The translations under genes and the position numbers were made by a program. The notes beneath the pieces were generated by a model. It was not told the DNA's origin, did not search any database, and was given only the letters and a program-made list of their open reading frames with translations. A stretch of DNA of 64,000 nt, taken from NCBI GenBank assembly GCA_038061225.1, contig JBBTZT010000003.1, forward strand, positions 113,092 through 177,091. The letters run 5' to 3'. The stretch comes from Patescibacteria group bacterium. Lineage in GTDB: Bacteria > Patescibacteriota > Microgenomatia > UBA8517. This document shows, one piece after another, positions 27,600 through 37,909 of this stretch (position 1 is its first letter; each line of letters starts with the position of its first letter).

Positions 27600-29124
27600 T
27601 GTCTTATCAATTGCAATATTTGTAATTGCATTTTTTTTAAGGGTAATGTTTTTGCAAAATAACGCATTAACTTTTGGATATGACCAAGCACGAGATGCAT
27701 TAATTGCTAAGCAAATCATTTCAGGAGATATTAAAATACAAGGACCACCATCTTCAGCTCCGGGGCTTTATCATGGCGTTTTTTATTATTACTTATTAGC
27801 ACCAGCTTATCTAATAGGTCACGGAAGCCCTATTGTTGTGGCTTATTATTTAGCTTTTTTAAATTCACTTACTGTTTTTATTGTTTTTTTTACAGCGAAG
27901 CTGGCCACGAAGAATTCGTGGATTGCACTTTTGTCAGCATCTTTATACGCTATTTCATTTGAATCAACTCAATACGCAACATGGCTTAGCAATCCAACAA
28001 TCGCGGTCTGGACAGTCCCTTTAATGTATTTAGGCTTATGGATTTGGATTTTATCAATAAAACAAAAGAAATTAATAGTCGGTCCAATTTTAGCAGCAAT
28101 TGGATTGGGTCTTTCCATACAAGCGGAAATATTTCTTGCCTATCATATTGTTCCTCTTCTGATATGGTTGGCGATTTACAACAAAAATATTACTAAAAAA
28201 AGTTTATATTATTTTTTTGGATTTTTAATCTTTGTAACCTTTAGTCTTATTCTCTGCGAGTTTAAATTTGGTTTTAATAGTTTAACTGCTATAAAATCAC
28301 TAGCTACAACAAGCGGGGGGAATTTGGCATATGCAAAATCTGTTGGTGATTATTTAATTCTTTATTTAAATCAAGTGGGTCGTATTTTTGCCTTTAATAC
28401 TTACCCTGGGAATATTGGATATGGTGGTGGAGTAATAATTATACTTGGGATATATTCACTTTTAAATTACACACATAGCTTCGCTGCCAAAAAAAATCCA
28501 TACCCTGCATTTTTAGCAGTTTGGCTATTTTCTCATCTATCTGTTGTTACTGTTGGCGGAATGTCAACCCCCTTTTTAATGGTTGGAATTGGACCAGCAA
28601 TATCTTTGATGTTGGGTTTTTATATATATAAATTATTTAATAAAAAGAGAATTTTTGCTATTTTAATTTTTTTAATAATATTTTATGGAAATTTAAATTT
28701 TATTCTTTCTCAGAATAAATTAGGGTCAACTCTTTTTTCTATACAAAAAGACATGCTTCTTTCAAAACAAATTGATGCGATTGACTATACATATCAATTA
28801 GCCGACGGAAAACCATTTAGCATTAGTAGTCTGACATCTCCTCTTTGGATAAATATTGTTTGGACATATTTATATAAATGGTATGGGGTGAATACTTACG
28901 GATATGCCCCTTATTGGCATGGTAAGGATCAAATAGGACAGCTTGATAGTTTAGAGAGAATTGACAATCCCTTTGATACATCATTTCTAATACTTGAGCC
29001 TATGGCAGGCATACCTGTTAGATATTTGTCAGAAACAATTGCTGAGGAAGATGTCGATACCAAAATGGTTGAAGAAAAATCCTTCGGAGAAATAATAGTT
29101 CAAAAAAGAATAAAAATTTTTTAA
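27577..29124 (+). CDS. GT-C fold membrane glycosyltransferase, family A paralog 4
   Basis: GYDQARDALIAKQI, GxxYYYL; paralog of 13294/15757/17253. Confidence 0.55.
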   Translation: MKSEKLYSVLSIAIFVIAFFLRVMFLQNNALTFGYDQARDALIAKQIISGDIKIQGPPSSAPGLYHGVFYYYLLAPAYLIGHGSPIVVAYYLAFLNSLTVFIVFFTAKLATKNSWIALLSASLYAISFESTQYATWLSNPTIAVWTVPLMYLGLWIWILSIKQKKLIVGPILAAIGLGLSIQAEIFLAYHIVPLLIWLAIYNKNITKKSLYYFFGFLIFVTFSLILCEFKFGFNSLTAIKSLATTSGGNLAYAKSVGDYLILYLNQVGRIFAFNTYPGNIGYGGGVIIILGIYSLLNYTHSFAAKKNPYPAFLAVWLFSHLSVVTVGGMSTPFLMVGIGPAISLMLGFYIYKLFNKKRIFAILIFLIIFYGNLNFILSQNKLGSTLFSIQKDMLLSKQIDAIDYTYQLADGKPFSISSLTSPLWINIVWTYLYKWYGVNTYGYAPYWHGKDQIGQLDSLERIDNPFDTSFLILEPMAGIPVRYLSETIAEEDVDTKMVEEKSFGEIIVQKRIKIF

Positions 29125-29126
29125 AT

Positions 29127-29777
29127 ATGAATACAAAAAAAATAGGTGAGGATTTACATGCACACGTTCCTGCAAACTGGTATTTTGAAAGTTTAAAAAA
29201 AGATCCATTTCAAAAATATTGGCATACTACAAGATTTAGAGAAGTTAAAAAGGTAATAACTACAGCTGACTCGGTATTAGACGTTGGTTGTGCGGATGGA
29301 GTTTTCTCTAATGTAATTTTTAAAAGTACAAATGCTAAAAAGTTTATAGGGCTTGATATTGTTAAAACATCAATTGAATGGGCAAAAAAACATTGGTCTA
29401 AAAATAGGGAAATGAAATTTATAGTAGCAGATGCTCACAGTTTGCCTTTCAAAGATAAAATATTTGATGCAGTCTTTTGTTTGGAAGCATTAGAGCATGT
29501 TGCAGATCCTATTAGAGTGTTAAGTGAATTTAAAAGAGTTATGAAAAAAGGAGGCTATGGTGTCTTTTTAGTTCCATCGGATAATAATTTATTTAAAGTG
29601 GTTTGGTGGTTGTGGTTACATTTTTATCCAAGAGGTTGGGTTTGGAGGGAAACTCATATTCAAACATATAGAGACAGTTATCTGCCAAAAGCATGTAAAA
29701 AAGCAGGTTTTGAAGTGGAACTAGACAGAAAATTTAATTTAGGAATGTTACACTTAGTTAAAGTAACAAAACCATGA
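29127..29777 (+). CDS. Class I SAM-dependent methyltransferase
   Basis: Motif I VLDVGCADGVFS; FDAVFCLEALEHV. Confidence 0.75.
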   Translation: MNTKKIGEDLHAHVPANWYFESLKKDPFQKYWHTTRFREVKKVITTADSVLDVGCADGVFSNVIFKSTNAKKFIGLDIVKTSIEWAKKHWSKNREMKFIVADAHSLPFKDKIFDAVFCLEALEHVADPIRVLSEFKRVMKKGGYGVFLVPSDNNLFKVVWWLWLHFYPRGWVWRETHIQTYRDSYLPKACKKAGFEVELDRKFNLGMLHLVKVTKP

Positions 29778-30682
29778 GATCCAGCTACGCTATGAAAGTA
29801 TCAATAGTTATCCCAAATTATAATGGTAGAGAGTTTTTGGAAACAAATCTACCTAGTATTATTTCTGCACAGTATAATCCAAAGAATAAAATATTTGAAA
29901 TAGTGATAGTGGATGATCGTTCTACAGATGAAAGCGTTAGTTATCTTAATAATAAATACAAAAATATAATCCGTTTAATTAAACACACTAAAAACAGAGG
30001 TTTTTCTGCAACTGTTAATACAGGAGTTAGGTCGACAACAGGAGATTTCATTTGTCTATTAAATACTGACGTTTTACCTTCCACTAATTTTTTAGAATTA
30101 GTATTAGATAGTTTTAGAGATGAAAAAGTATTTGCAGTTTCTCTCCACGAAAAAAATTATGGTCCTGCAAGAGGTTATTTTGAAGATGGATTTATACAAA
30201 TAAGTTCAAAAAAAGAATCTAAAGAAATTGAAAATAGTTTTTATGTAAGTGGAGGAAGTGGTGTATTTAGAAAAAGTATTTGGCAAGAATTAGGAGGATT
30301 AGATGAAAAGTTATTATCTCCATTTTATTGGGAAGATATTGATATATGTTTTAGAGCAGCTAAAAGAGGTTACTTAAATTTATGGAATCCTTTTGGAAGG
30401 GTTGTTCATAATCATGAATCAACTATTTCAAAATTATCCAAAAAATATATAGAAAGAGTTCGTGAGAGAAACCAATTATTAATGCTTTGGAAAAATCTAC
30501 ATAGTAAAGCAATGTTTGAGAAACATTTAAATGGTTTGTTTAAGCGGATATTAAAAAATCCAAGATATCTTCGAATTATCTTAATGTCGTTATTTAAATT
30601 GGGCTTAGTTATTAAAGCCAGACGTAAGGAAATAAAAGAATGTATTGTTAGTGATGAAGCAGTTTTTCAAAAATATCAATGA
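29774..30682 (+). CDS. GT2 family glycosyltransferase; paralog of 7638..8534 (-)
   Basis: VSIVIPNYNGREFL...VDDRSTDES...NRGFSATVNTG...LNTDV. Confidence 0.75.
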   Translation: MRSSYAMKVSIVIPNYNGREFLETNLPSIISAQYNPKNKIFEIVIVDDRSTDESVSYLNNKYKNIIRLIKHTKNRGFSATVNTGVRSTTGDFICLLNTDVLPSTNFLELVLDSFRDEKVFAVSLHEKNYGPARGYFEDGFIQISSKKESKEIENSFYVSGGSGVFRKSIWQELGGLDEKLLSPFYWEDIDICFRAAKRGYLNLWNPFGRVVHNHESTISKLSKKYIERVRERNQLLMLWKNLHSKAMFEKHLNGLFKRILKNPRYLRIILMSLFKLGLVIKARRKEIKECIVSDEAVFQKYQ

Positions 30683-32319
30683 TTAAACTTTTTTGGTTTG
30701 GCTTGATAGTTATCTTTACAATTCCTGCTTTTTGGAATCTACTTCGACCTGGGTTTTTTTCGATGCAGGATGATCTGCAAGCTTTTCGTATTCAACAAAT
30801 GGATAAATGTTTAACTGACTTTCAGATTCCCTGTCGCTGGGTTCCTGATGCTGGTTATGCTTATGGTTATCCTCAATTTAATTACTATCCACCTCTTCCT
30901 TATTATGTTGGAGCAGTGCTTCATAGAGTAGGAATTCAATATATTGATGTAGTTAAAATATTATTTATCATAGGTTATATCTTGTCTGCTATTGCTATGT
31001 ATATCTTAGTTAGTGAATTAACTAATAAATGGTCGGGATTTGTAGCTTCAGTTCTCTATACTTATATTCCATATAAAGCGGTTGAAGTTTACGTCAGGGG
31101 TGCGTTAAGTGAATTTTGGGCGCAAGTTTTCTTTCCTTTAATATTATGGTCTTTATATAAACTAATTAAGACAAATAAAAAGATTTATATCCCAACGACA
31201 GCCTTATTTATAGGTTTACTGGCAACAACCCATACCCTAATGACTATGATATTTGCTCCAATTGCTATTTTGTGGGCATTTTACTGGTTATATTTACAAA
31301 AGGGAAAAAATATAAACAAAATAGTTTGGGCTGGAATACTTGGAGTAGGGCTTTCTGCTTTTTTCTTACTCCCTGTAATTTTTGAGAAGAAATTTGCCCA
31401 TGTTGACTCTGTTCTTTCAGGTTATTTTGATTATAGAGCTCATTTTGTAAGTTTGTATAAACTTTTTATATCTCGCGAGTGGGGATATGGATCATCAGGT
31501 TTTCCCAATGAAAAATTAAACTTATCACTTGGAATTGTGCAATGGCTGGCTGGCTTATTTGCTGGATTACTTGCTTTAATTAGTTACAAAAAAAACAAAA
31601 TTTTATCTCTTACTACTTTCTGCATACTACTTGCTACATTGTTTTCTGTTTTTATGATTCATATGAAATCAAGTTTCATTTGGGCTAAGTTACCATTTAT
31701 GTGGTATTTACAATTTCCCTGGAGATTTTTGGCTGTTTCTATATTTCTTTTGTGTTTGTTGTCTGGTTTTTTTATATTCTTTTCAAAAAAACTCCAATAT
31801 ATTTTAGGAATAATTTTAATTATTGCTTCTATTATCCTAAATATTAAATTTTTTGTTCCTAAAGATTGGCTTTATATAACTGATGCCGATAAATTTTCAG
31901 GTGTTAGTTGGCAAAAACAAATGACAATATCAATTTTTGATTATTTACCAATTTATGCAACTCTTCCTCCAATAAATGAAGCTCCTGATATACCAGAAGT
32001 GTTAGATGGAAAAGCTTTATTTAGTGATTATAAAAAGGGAAGTAATTTTCAAACTGGGAAAGTAGATGTTTTAGAAGATGCAACAATTAGAATTCCTCTA
32101 TATGATTTTCCAGGAATGCAGGTTAAAGTAGATAGTAAAAAAGTAGAACATTATAATAATGATTGCAGGGGGCAAGAGTTTTGCTACGGGCTAATTTCCT
32201 TCAAATTGCCCGAAGGTGAATATAATATAGAAGTCAAATTAACAGATACTCCAATTAGGAAAATAGGTAATTTAGTATCACTTGTTAGTATAATAATATT
32301 ATTATGGTTAAGTTTTTGA
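30679..32319 (+). CDS. Polytopic membrane glycosyltransferase-like protein, family B paralog 1 (DD first-loop motif)
   Basis: FSMQDDLQAF, PCRWVPD, YxxRGALSE shared with 32304 and 33875. About 13 TMs plus a C-terminal beta-rich domain. Confidence 0.5.
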   Translation: MIKLFWFGLIVIFTIPAFWNLLRPGFFSMQDDLQAFRIQQMDKCLTDFQIPCRWVPDAGYAYGYPQFNYYPPLPYYVGAVLHRVGIQYIDVVKILFIIGYILSAIAMYILVSELTNKWSGFVASVLYTYIPYKAVEVYVRGALSEFWAQVFFPLILWSLYKLIKTNKKIYIPTTALFIGLLATTHTLMTMIFAPIAILWAFYWLYLQKGKNINKIVWAGILGVGLSAFFLLPVIFEKKFAHVDSVLSGYFDYRAHFVSLYKLFISREWGYGSSGFPNEKLNLSLGIVQWLAGLFAGLLALISYKKNKILSLTTFCILLATLFSVFMIHMKSSFIWAKLPFMWYLQFPWRFLAVSIFLLCLLSGFFIFFSKKLQYILGIILIIASIILNIKFFVPKDWLYITDADKFSGVSWQKQMTISIFDYLPIYATLPPINEAPDIPEVLDGKALFSDYKKGSNFQTGKVDVLEDATIRIPLYDFPGMQVKVDSKKVEHYNNDCRGQEFCYGLISFKLPEGEYNIEVKLTDTPIRKIGNLVSLVSIIILLWLSF

Positions 32320-33896
32320 ATAAGCATTGGATTGTTGTCATTATTTTTATTCTTGGACTTTCTGTCTCACAGCCTTTGATGAAAACTGGTTATTTCTCAC
32401 ATCAGGACGACTTGCAAGTAATGAGAATTTTTGAAATGAGAAAATGTTTTTCTGATTTTCAAATTCCCTGCAGGTGGGTTCCAGATATGGGTTGGGGAAA
32501 TGGTTTTCCTCTTTTTAACTTTTACGGTCCGTTTACATATTATTTAGGAGCAGTAGTTAGTTATGTTTTAGGATATCTAAATTCTGCAAAATTATTATTT
32601 TTTACAACACTAATTGTAGGAAGTTTTGGAGTATATTTATTAGTCAGAGAATTGTGGGGAAAGTATGCTGGATTAACTGCAGCTAGTTTGTATCTATTTG
32701 CTCCCTATAAAGCATTGGATATATATGTACGCGGCGCACTTTCGGAAAGTATGGCGCTTGCAATAATTCCTTTTGTTTTTTACTTTCTTCAAAAGAAAAA
32801 TTATAAACTTTTTACAGTTAGCTTATTTTTCTTTTTAATAACACACAACATAATGACTGTTATTTTTGTTCCAGTTGTTGTTCTTTGGGGGATTTATGTT
32901 TTATTTCTAAATAAGTTTAATAACTTAAAATTTGTTTTGCTATCGTTTATAATAGCCTTTGGCTTAGCTTCCTTTTTTATCTTACCGGCTTTTTTTGAAA
33001 AAAATTTAGTGCAGACTCAAAGTTTAACTAGATTTGAACTTGATTTTAGAGCTAATTTTATTAGTATAAAGCAATTATTTTTTGATAGAGTTTGGGGATA
33101 TGGTACATCAATTCCAGGACCAGAGGGTGGGATGAATTTTTCTATTGGTTGGCCACATTGGTGGCTAGTTTTACTGTCAACTTTTGCATTACTTTTTGTG
33201 AAAGACAAAAAGAGCATTCTACTTGCTCTATTCTACATACTACTATTCTTGTTCTCCATATTCATGACTCACAACAAGTCCTCGTTCATTTGGGAAAATA
33301 TAAGTATTTTAACTTTTTTCCAATTTCCTTGGAGGTTTTTATCATTATCTATATTAACTTCTTCTATTTTGGGAGGTTTTGTAATATCTTTATTTAGGGA
33401 AAAATTACAAATATATGCAAGTTTATTTATTATATTAATTACTGTTTTTTTAAATTGGAGTTATTTTAAGCCAAGAGAATTTTACGAGGTTACAGAGAAA
33501 GAGAAGATGACTGGAGAACTTTGGGAATATCAAAGAAAAGGTGCAATATTAGATTATTTACCAAAAACAGCACTTGAGCCGAGAGAGGGTGCAAATACAA
33601 CTTTGTCAAATTTCCAAAGTTATTCAAATAAATTTTCATTCGAAATTAATCTTGATAAAGAAACTCAAATTGAAATCCCTATTTTTTATTTTCCAAATTG
33701 GGAAGTAACAGTTGACGGTGAAAAATATTTAGTATCACACGATAATATTTTAGGTAGAATTTCAGTTTTAGTTCCCGAAGGTTATCACAAAATTGTAGGT
33801 AATTTCAAAAATACTGTAATTAGAACATTTGCTAATTATTTAACTTTAGTTAGTTTTTTTAGCTTAATTTATATATGGAGAAAACACAAAAACTAA
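32304..33896 (+). CDS. Family B paralog 2
   Basis: FSHQDDLQVM, PCRWVPD, VRGALSES. Confidence 0.5.
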   Translation: MVKFLNKHWIVVIIFILGLSVSQPLMKTGYFSHQDDLQVMRIFEMRKCFSDFQIPCRWVPDMGWGNGFPLFNFYGPFTYYLGAVVSYVLGYLNSAKLLFFTTLIVGSFGVYLLVRELWGKYAGLTAASLYLFAPYKALDIYVRGALSESMALAIIPFVFYFLQKKNYKLFTVSLFFFLITHNIMTVIFVPVVVLWGIYVLFLNKFNNLKFVLLSFIIAFGLASFFILPAFFEKNLVQTQSLTRFELDFRANFISIKQLFFDRVWGYGTSIPGPEGGMNFSIGWPHWWLVLLSTFALLFVKDKKSILLALFYILLFLFSIFMTHNKSSFIWENISILTFFQFPWRFLSLSILTSSILGGFVISLFREKLQIYASLFIILITVFLNWSYFKPREFYEVTEKEKMTGELWEYQRKGAILDYLPKTALEPREGANTTLSNFQSYSNKFSFEINLDKETQIEIPIFYFPNWEVTVDGEKYLVSHDNILGRISVLVPEGYHKIVGNFKNTVIRTFANYLTLVSFFSLIYIWRKHKN

Positions 33897-35494
33897 TATC
33901 TAAATATCTTGTTTTAATAATATTATCACTTTCTATTCCTGCTGTTAGATATTTTTTTGTGTATGGTTATTTTGGTGTTTCAGATGATTTGCACATTGGT
34001 TGGCTTTTTGAAATGGATAGAGTAATTAAAATGTTGCAATTTCCTCCAAGATACGTTCCAGATTTGTCTTTTGGTTTTGGTTATCCTCTTTTTAATTTTG
34101 TTTATCCATTACCTTTTTATATAGCTGAGTTTTTTCATTTAGTAGGTTTCTCGCTAGTTAATAGTGTCAAACTTGTTTTTGGTCTTTCGATTCCATTTTC
34201 AATGTTTTTTGCTTACAAGCTATTAAAACACTATTTATCAGAAGGGCTGTCACTTGCTGGAGCTACTCTATATGTATACGCTCCATATAGGGCTTTGGAG
34301 ATCTTTGTAAGAGGAACGATAGGGGAGATAGTTGCCTTTGTATTTTTCCCAATAATTCTTTATAGCGTAATCAAAAAGAAGCCATATTTTTTAGCTTTAT
34401 CTTTTGCTGGCCTTATTCTGTCGCACAATATTATGGCTTATATGTTCATGCCATTTTTATTGGTATTTATTATCGCTAATAAATCATTTATGGTTTCTTT
34501 AAAAGGAATATTATTAGGACTATTGTGTTCAATCTACTTTTGGTTTCCTGCGCTTTTAGAAAGCAAATTAATGAAATATGATACTGTTTTTAACTTTTAT
34601 GATCACTACCCTACTTTAAAACAATTTATTACTCCATATTGGGGTTATGGAGCTTCAGTTGCTGGTAATTACGATACCATGTCTTTTTATATGGGCATAA
34701 CAGGGCTGGTGGTGGTAGGTGTGGGTTTAATTTTATTTTTCTTAAATTTAAAAAAGTTTTCAAAAGAAGAAAAAATATTCATTGGTTGGGGAGCTCTGGT
34801 ATTTTTTATATCTATTTTTATGATGAACTTTCGTTCAGCATTTTTATGGAGGAGCATTCCCCTTTTGCCGTATTTCCAATTTCCATGGAGATTTTTGGCA
34901 ATGACAACATTTGTTAGTCCTATTTTTTTACTTTGTTTTACAAAGTTTAAAAATCAAAAGATCTTGAGCCTAATTTCTTTTCTTGTTATATTTTTTGCGA
35001 TAGTTTTAAATTTCAATTACTTTAAAACCAGTGAGTATCTTGGTCGTGGTGATGATTATTATTTAAATAGATATATACCTTCTTTATCAGTTAGTGAAGC
35101 TTACAAACAAACTTTAGAAGAATATTTAAGATTACCAAAGGATACCAAGATAAGACCTAATAAACTTTATCCTAGAGCATACACAGATGATCTGGAAGTA
35201 ACTCTTCAAATTGAAGAAGAAAATGCACTCAATGCAAAAATAACAACAGATAGTAAAACTGATTTTAATCTAAATTATAATAAATATTATTATCCAGGAT
35301 TTATTGCAAAAATTGATGGCAATAGGGTACAAATTAGTGCCGGAGAACCATTTGGGCAAATTTCATTTACAGTACCTAGTGGTAAACATGAGGTAATTGT
35401 TTTATATAAAGAATCATCTTTTAGATTAATCTTTGATATAATTTCACTAGGGGCAATAGTTACTTCGATTTATTTAATAATGAAAAATAGATGA
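33875..35494 (+). CDS. Family B paralog 3
   Basis: GVSDDLHIGW, PPRYVPD, VRGTIGE. Confidence 0.5.
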   Translation: MEKTQKLISKYLVLIILSLSIPAVRYFFVYGYFGVSDDLHIGWLFEMDRVIKMLQFPPRYVPDLSFGFGYPLFNFVYPLPFYIAEFFHLVGFSLVNSVKLVFGLSIPFSMFFAYKLLKHYLSEGLSLAGATLYVYAPYRALEIFVRGTIGEIVAFVFFPIILYSVIKKKPYFLALSFAGLILSHNIMAYMFMPFLLVFIIANKSFMVSLKGILLGLLCSIYFWFPALLESKLMKYDTVFNFYDHYPTLKQFITPYWGYGASVAGNYDTMSFYMGITGLVVVGVGLILFFLNLKKFSKEEKIFIGWGALVFFISIFMMNFRSAFLWRSIPLLPYFQFPWRFLAMTTFVSPIFLLCFTKFKNQKILSLISFLVIFFAIVLNFNYFKTSEYLGRGDDYYLNRYIPSLSVSEAYKQTLEEYLRLPKDTKIRPNKLYPRAYTDDLEVTLQIEEENALNAKITTDSKTDFNLNYNKYYYPGFIAKIDGNRVQISAGEPFGQISFTVPSGKHEVIVLYKESSFRLIFDIISLGAIVTSIYLIMKNR

Positions 35495-36714
35495 AAAGAT
35501 TTATTACAACAATTTTAGCAATTGGCTTAATTCTTAGGCTTATACTTTCATCTATTACTTATCATTCAGATATTGTCCCATTTGATTTTGCAGCTAAAAT
35601 AATAAAGAATGGAAATATTACCAACTTTTACGATTATTTATGGAACCTTCCAGAAGACCACCCTTATTTAAAAGTTTATCCCAGAAATTTATTTAATTAT
35701 CCACCTCTACCATATTTCTTTTTGGGTGGGGCATCATTACTTACTACTTGGATAGTAGATCAAACAGTACATGATAATTTTGTACTAAATTTTTCTTCGA
35801 CACTTGGTAATCCACAACTCAATTTATTACTTCTATTATTAAAACTTCCTTATTTTTTCTTTGACATAGCAATTGCTTATTTATTGATGGGAATATTTAA
35901 AGAGGAAAAACAAAAAAAGTGGGCATTTGCTTTGTGGATGTTTAATCCAGTTAATCTTTATGCAACATATATGGTAGGCCAGTTTGATATTATTCCAACT
36001 TTTTTGACAGTTGCTGTGCTTTACCTTGCTGTCAAGAAAAATAATTTTACACTAGCTGCAGTGCTATTGGGGTTAGGGGCAGGATTTAAGATATTTCCTC
36101 TACTTTTCATGGTTCCACTTGCATTTGTTAAACCAAATTTATTGGATAGAATAAAATTATTACTAACATCAGTAATAACATATGTTTTATTTGCATATCC
36201 ATTTCTTTGGTCAAAAGGATTTAGAATGACTGCGGCACTTGCCAACCAAACGACCAAAAGCTTTTACGCTAATGTTCCAGTTTCAGGTGGTGAATCAATA
36301 ATTTTATTTTTAGCAGCTGTCATCTTTTTTTACATTTTGTTTTTTTACAAAAAAACTTTAGTAGAAGATCTATGGAAAAGATTTTTTGTAATGATTTTAG
36401 TATTTTTCATCTTCACCCACTTTCATCCTCAATGGTTTTTGTGGACCATGCCGTTTTTTGTAATTGATCTTGTTAAAACAAAATTAAAGCATTGGCCACT
36501 TTTTGTAATGTTGTTAATAACTTTTATTGGAATGATTACCTTTTTTGATTCAGGACTTTCAATTGGCTTGTTCTCGGCCATAAATCCCACTCTTTATAAT
36601 CTTCCCCCAGTTTGGCAGTTATTAGGATTAAATCTTGACATCAATGTTTCAAGAAGTATCTTACAGACAATATTTACAGGAATATCTGCCTATTATATAT
36701 ATGAATATGCGTAA
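35491..36714 (+). CDS. Polytopic membrane protein, family D paralog 1 (DUF2029/GT87-like mannosyltransferase candidate)
   Basis: GLGAGFKIFPLLF motif; about 10 TMs. Paralog of 36701..37909. Confidence 0.4.
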   Translation: MKRFITTILAIGLILRLILSSITYHSDIVPFDFAAKIIKNGNITNFYDYLWNLPEDHPYLKVYPRNLFNYPPLPYFFLGGASLLTTWIVDQTVHDNFVLNFSSTLGNPQLNLLLLLLKLPYFFFDIAIAYLLMGIFKEEKQKKWAFALWMFNPVNLYATYMVGQFDIIPTFLTVAVLYLAVKKNNFTLAAVLLGLGAGFKIFPLLFMVPLAFVKPNLLDRIKLLLTSVITYVLFAYPFLWSKGFRMTAALANQTTKSFYANVPVSGGESIILFLAAVIFFYILFFYKKTLVEDLWKRFFVMILVFFIFTHFHPQWFLWTMPFFVIDLVKTKLKHWPLFVMLLITFIGMITFFDSGLSIGLFSAINPTLYNLPPVWQLLGLNLDINVSRSILQTIFTGISAYYIYEYA

Positions 36715-37909
36715 ACTTTTATTAATCGCTGTTGCCTTAAGATTATTGGTATCTGGTTTGTTGTTTCATCCCGATATAAAGACTATTGCTTTTCAAACAT
36801 CTTTTCTTAAAAAGGGTATTGTTAATATTTATCCATATCTAATAAATAATAAAGTAAGCCTTCCTTTAAAAGAAGAATTTGTTTATTTCCCGCTTAGCTA
36901 TTTGACTTTAGGCAGTTATCAAACATTTGTCTCTAGCTTTTTAGGTAATGATTTTAGCAATTGGCTTAGTGATGCTGGAGCAAATTCTGTGGTAAATAAT
37001 CCGAATATTATTAAATACTTAATATTTTTAAAGTTTCCACTTCTAGTTTGTGATATTTCAATTGCCTTTTTATTACTCAACTTCTTTAAGAACAGAAAAA
37101 AAGGAGAGCAAGCTTTTACTCTTTGGTTATTTAATCCATTTACAATTATTCTAATTTATGCCTTTTCAAATATTGATATCTATGCAGTTTTATTAACAGT
37201 TATTGCTTTTTTATATATTAAAAGAGAGAAATTAATAACTGCCTCAGTTTTTCTAGGTCTTGCAATTTCTTTTAAACTTTATCCATTACTTTTTGTTCCA
37301 TTTATATATTTAGAAGCAAAAAACATTAAAGATAAAATATTAACTGTATTAATTCCAATTTCAATATTTATCGCATCAGTAATTCCTTTTTGGTCAGAGG
37401 CTTTTGTAAAATCCGCGCTTGTTTCGGGATTATCTGTCAGAATATTTAGTCCAAATTTTGAAATAGGGTTTGGTGAATCTATGATTATTGGCATATTTTT
37501 ACTTTCAATATTATTTTGTTTTGCTTGGATGTATGAGAAGAACATTAAATTACTTAATTATTTTATTGTTTTGCTACTTGTACTATTTTCATTTTCTCAC
37601 TTTCATATTTCTTGGCTTTTGTGGATTGCACCATTTTTAGTAATAGTAGTAATTAAAAAACCAATTACACTTTGGCCTGTGCTTTTGTGGTCTATGCTTG
37701 CTATTTCAATCCCACTATTTTATACAGACAGGTCAATGACAATATCACTTTTTAGAATATATACTACTTGGTATGATTTGCTTCCAACACCGTTTATTGT
37801 TATACAGAAATTATATGACCCATATAATTTTCAAAGTATAATACATTCTGTTATGGCTGGAATGTCTGTTTTATTATCGTTTAATTTACTTAAAGATGAA
37901 CAAATTTAA
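36701..37909 (+). CDS. Family D paralog 2 (the track ORF starts at 36635; the ATG at 36701 or 36707 avoids the long overlap)
   Basis: GLAISFKLYPLLF motif; same topology as 35491. Confidence 0.4.
   Translation: MNMRKLLLIAVALRLLVSGLLFHPDIKTIAFQTSFLKKGIVNIYPYLINNKVSLPLKEEFVYFPLSYLTLGSYQTFVSSFLGNDFSNWLSDAGANSVVNNPNIIKYLIFLKFPLLVCDISIAFLLLNFFKNRKKGEQAFTLWLFNPFTIILIYAFSNIDIYAVLLTVIAFLYIKREKLITASVFLGLAISFKLYPLLFVPFIYLEAKNIKDKILTVLIPISIFIASVIPFWSEAFVKSALVSGLSVRIFSPNFEIGFGESMIIGIFLLSILFCFAWMYEKNIKLLNYFIVLLLVLFSFSHFHISWLLWIAPFLVIVVIKKPITLWPVLLWSMLAISIPLFYTDRSMTISLFRIYTTWYDLLPTPFIVIQKLYDPYNFQSIIHSVMAGMSVLLSFNLLKDEQI

Noticed and set aside
27945-27958. Third occurrence of TATACGCTATT (also 13948-13958 and 42913-42923) in a GT-C gene
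   Set aside because: It encodes Leu-Tyr-Ala-Ile with the same codons in two cases. This could be a codon-usage coincidence, so it is recorded as a caveat to the microsatellite finding rather than as a dispersed repeat family.
7638-30682. Inversion or recombination potential between the inverted GT2 paralogs
   Set aside because: The protein identity of only about 55-60% implies nucleotide divergence too high for homologous recombination. This is an ancient duplication only.
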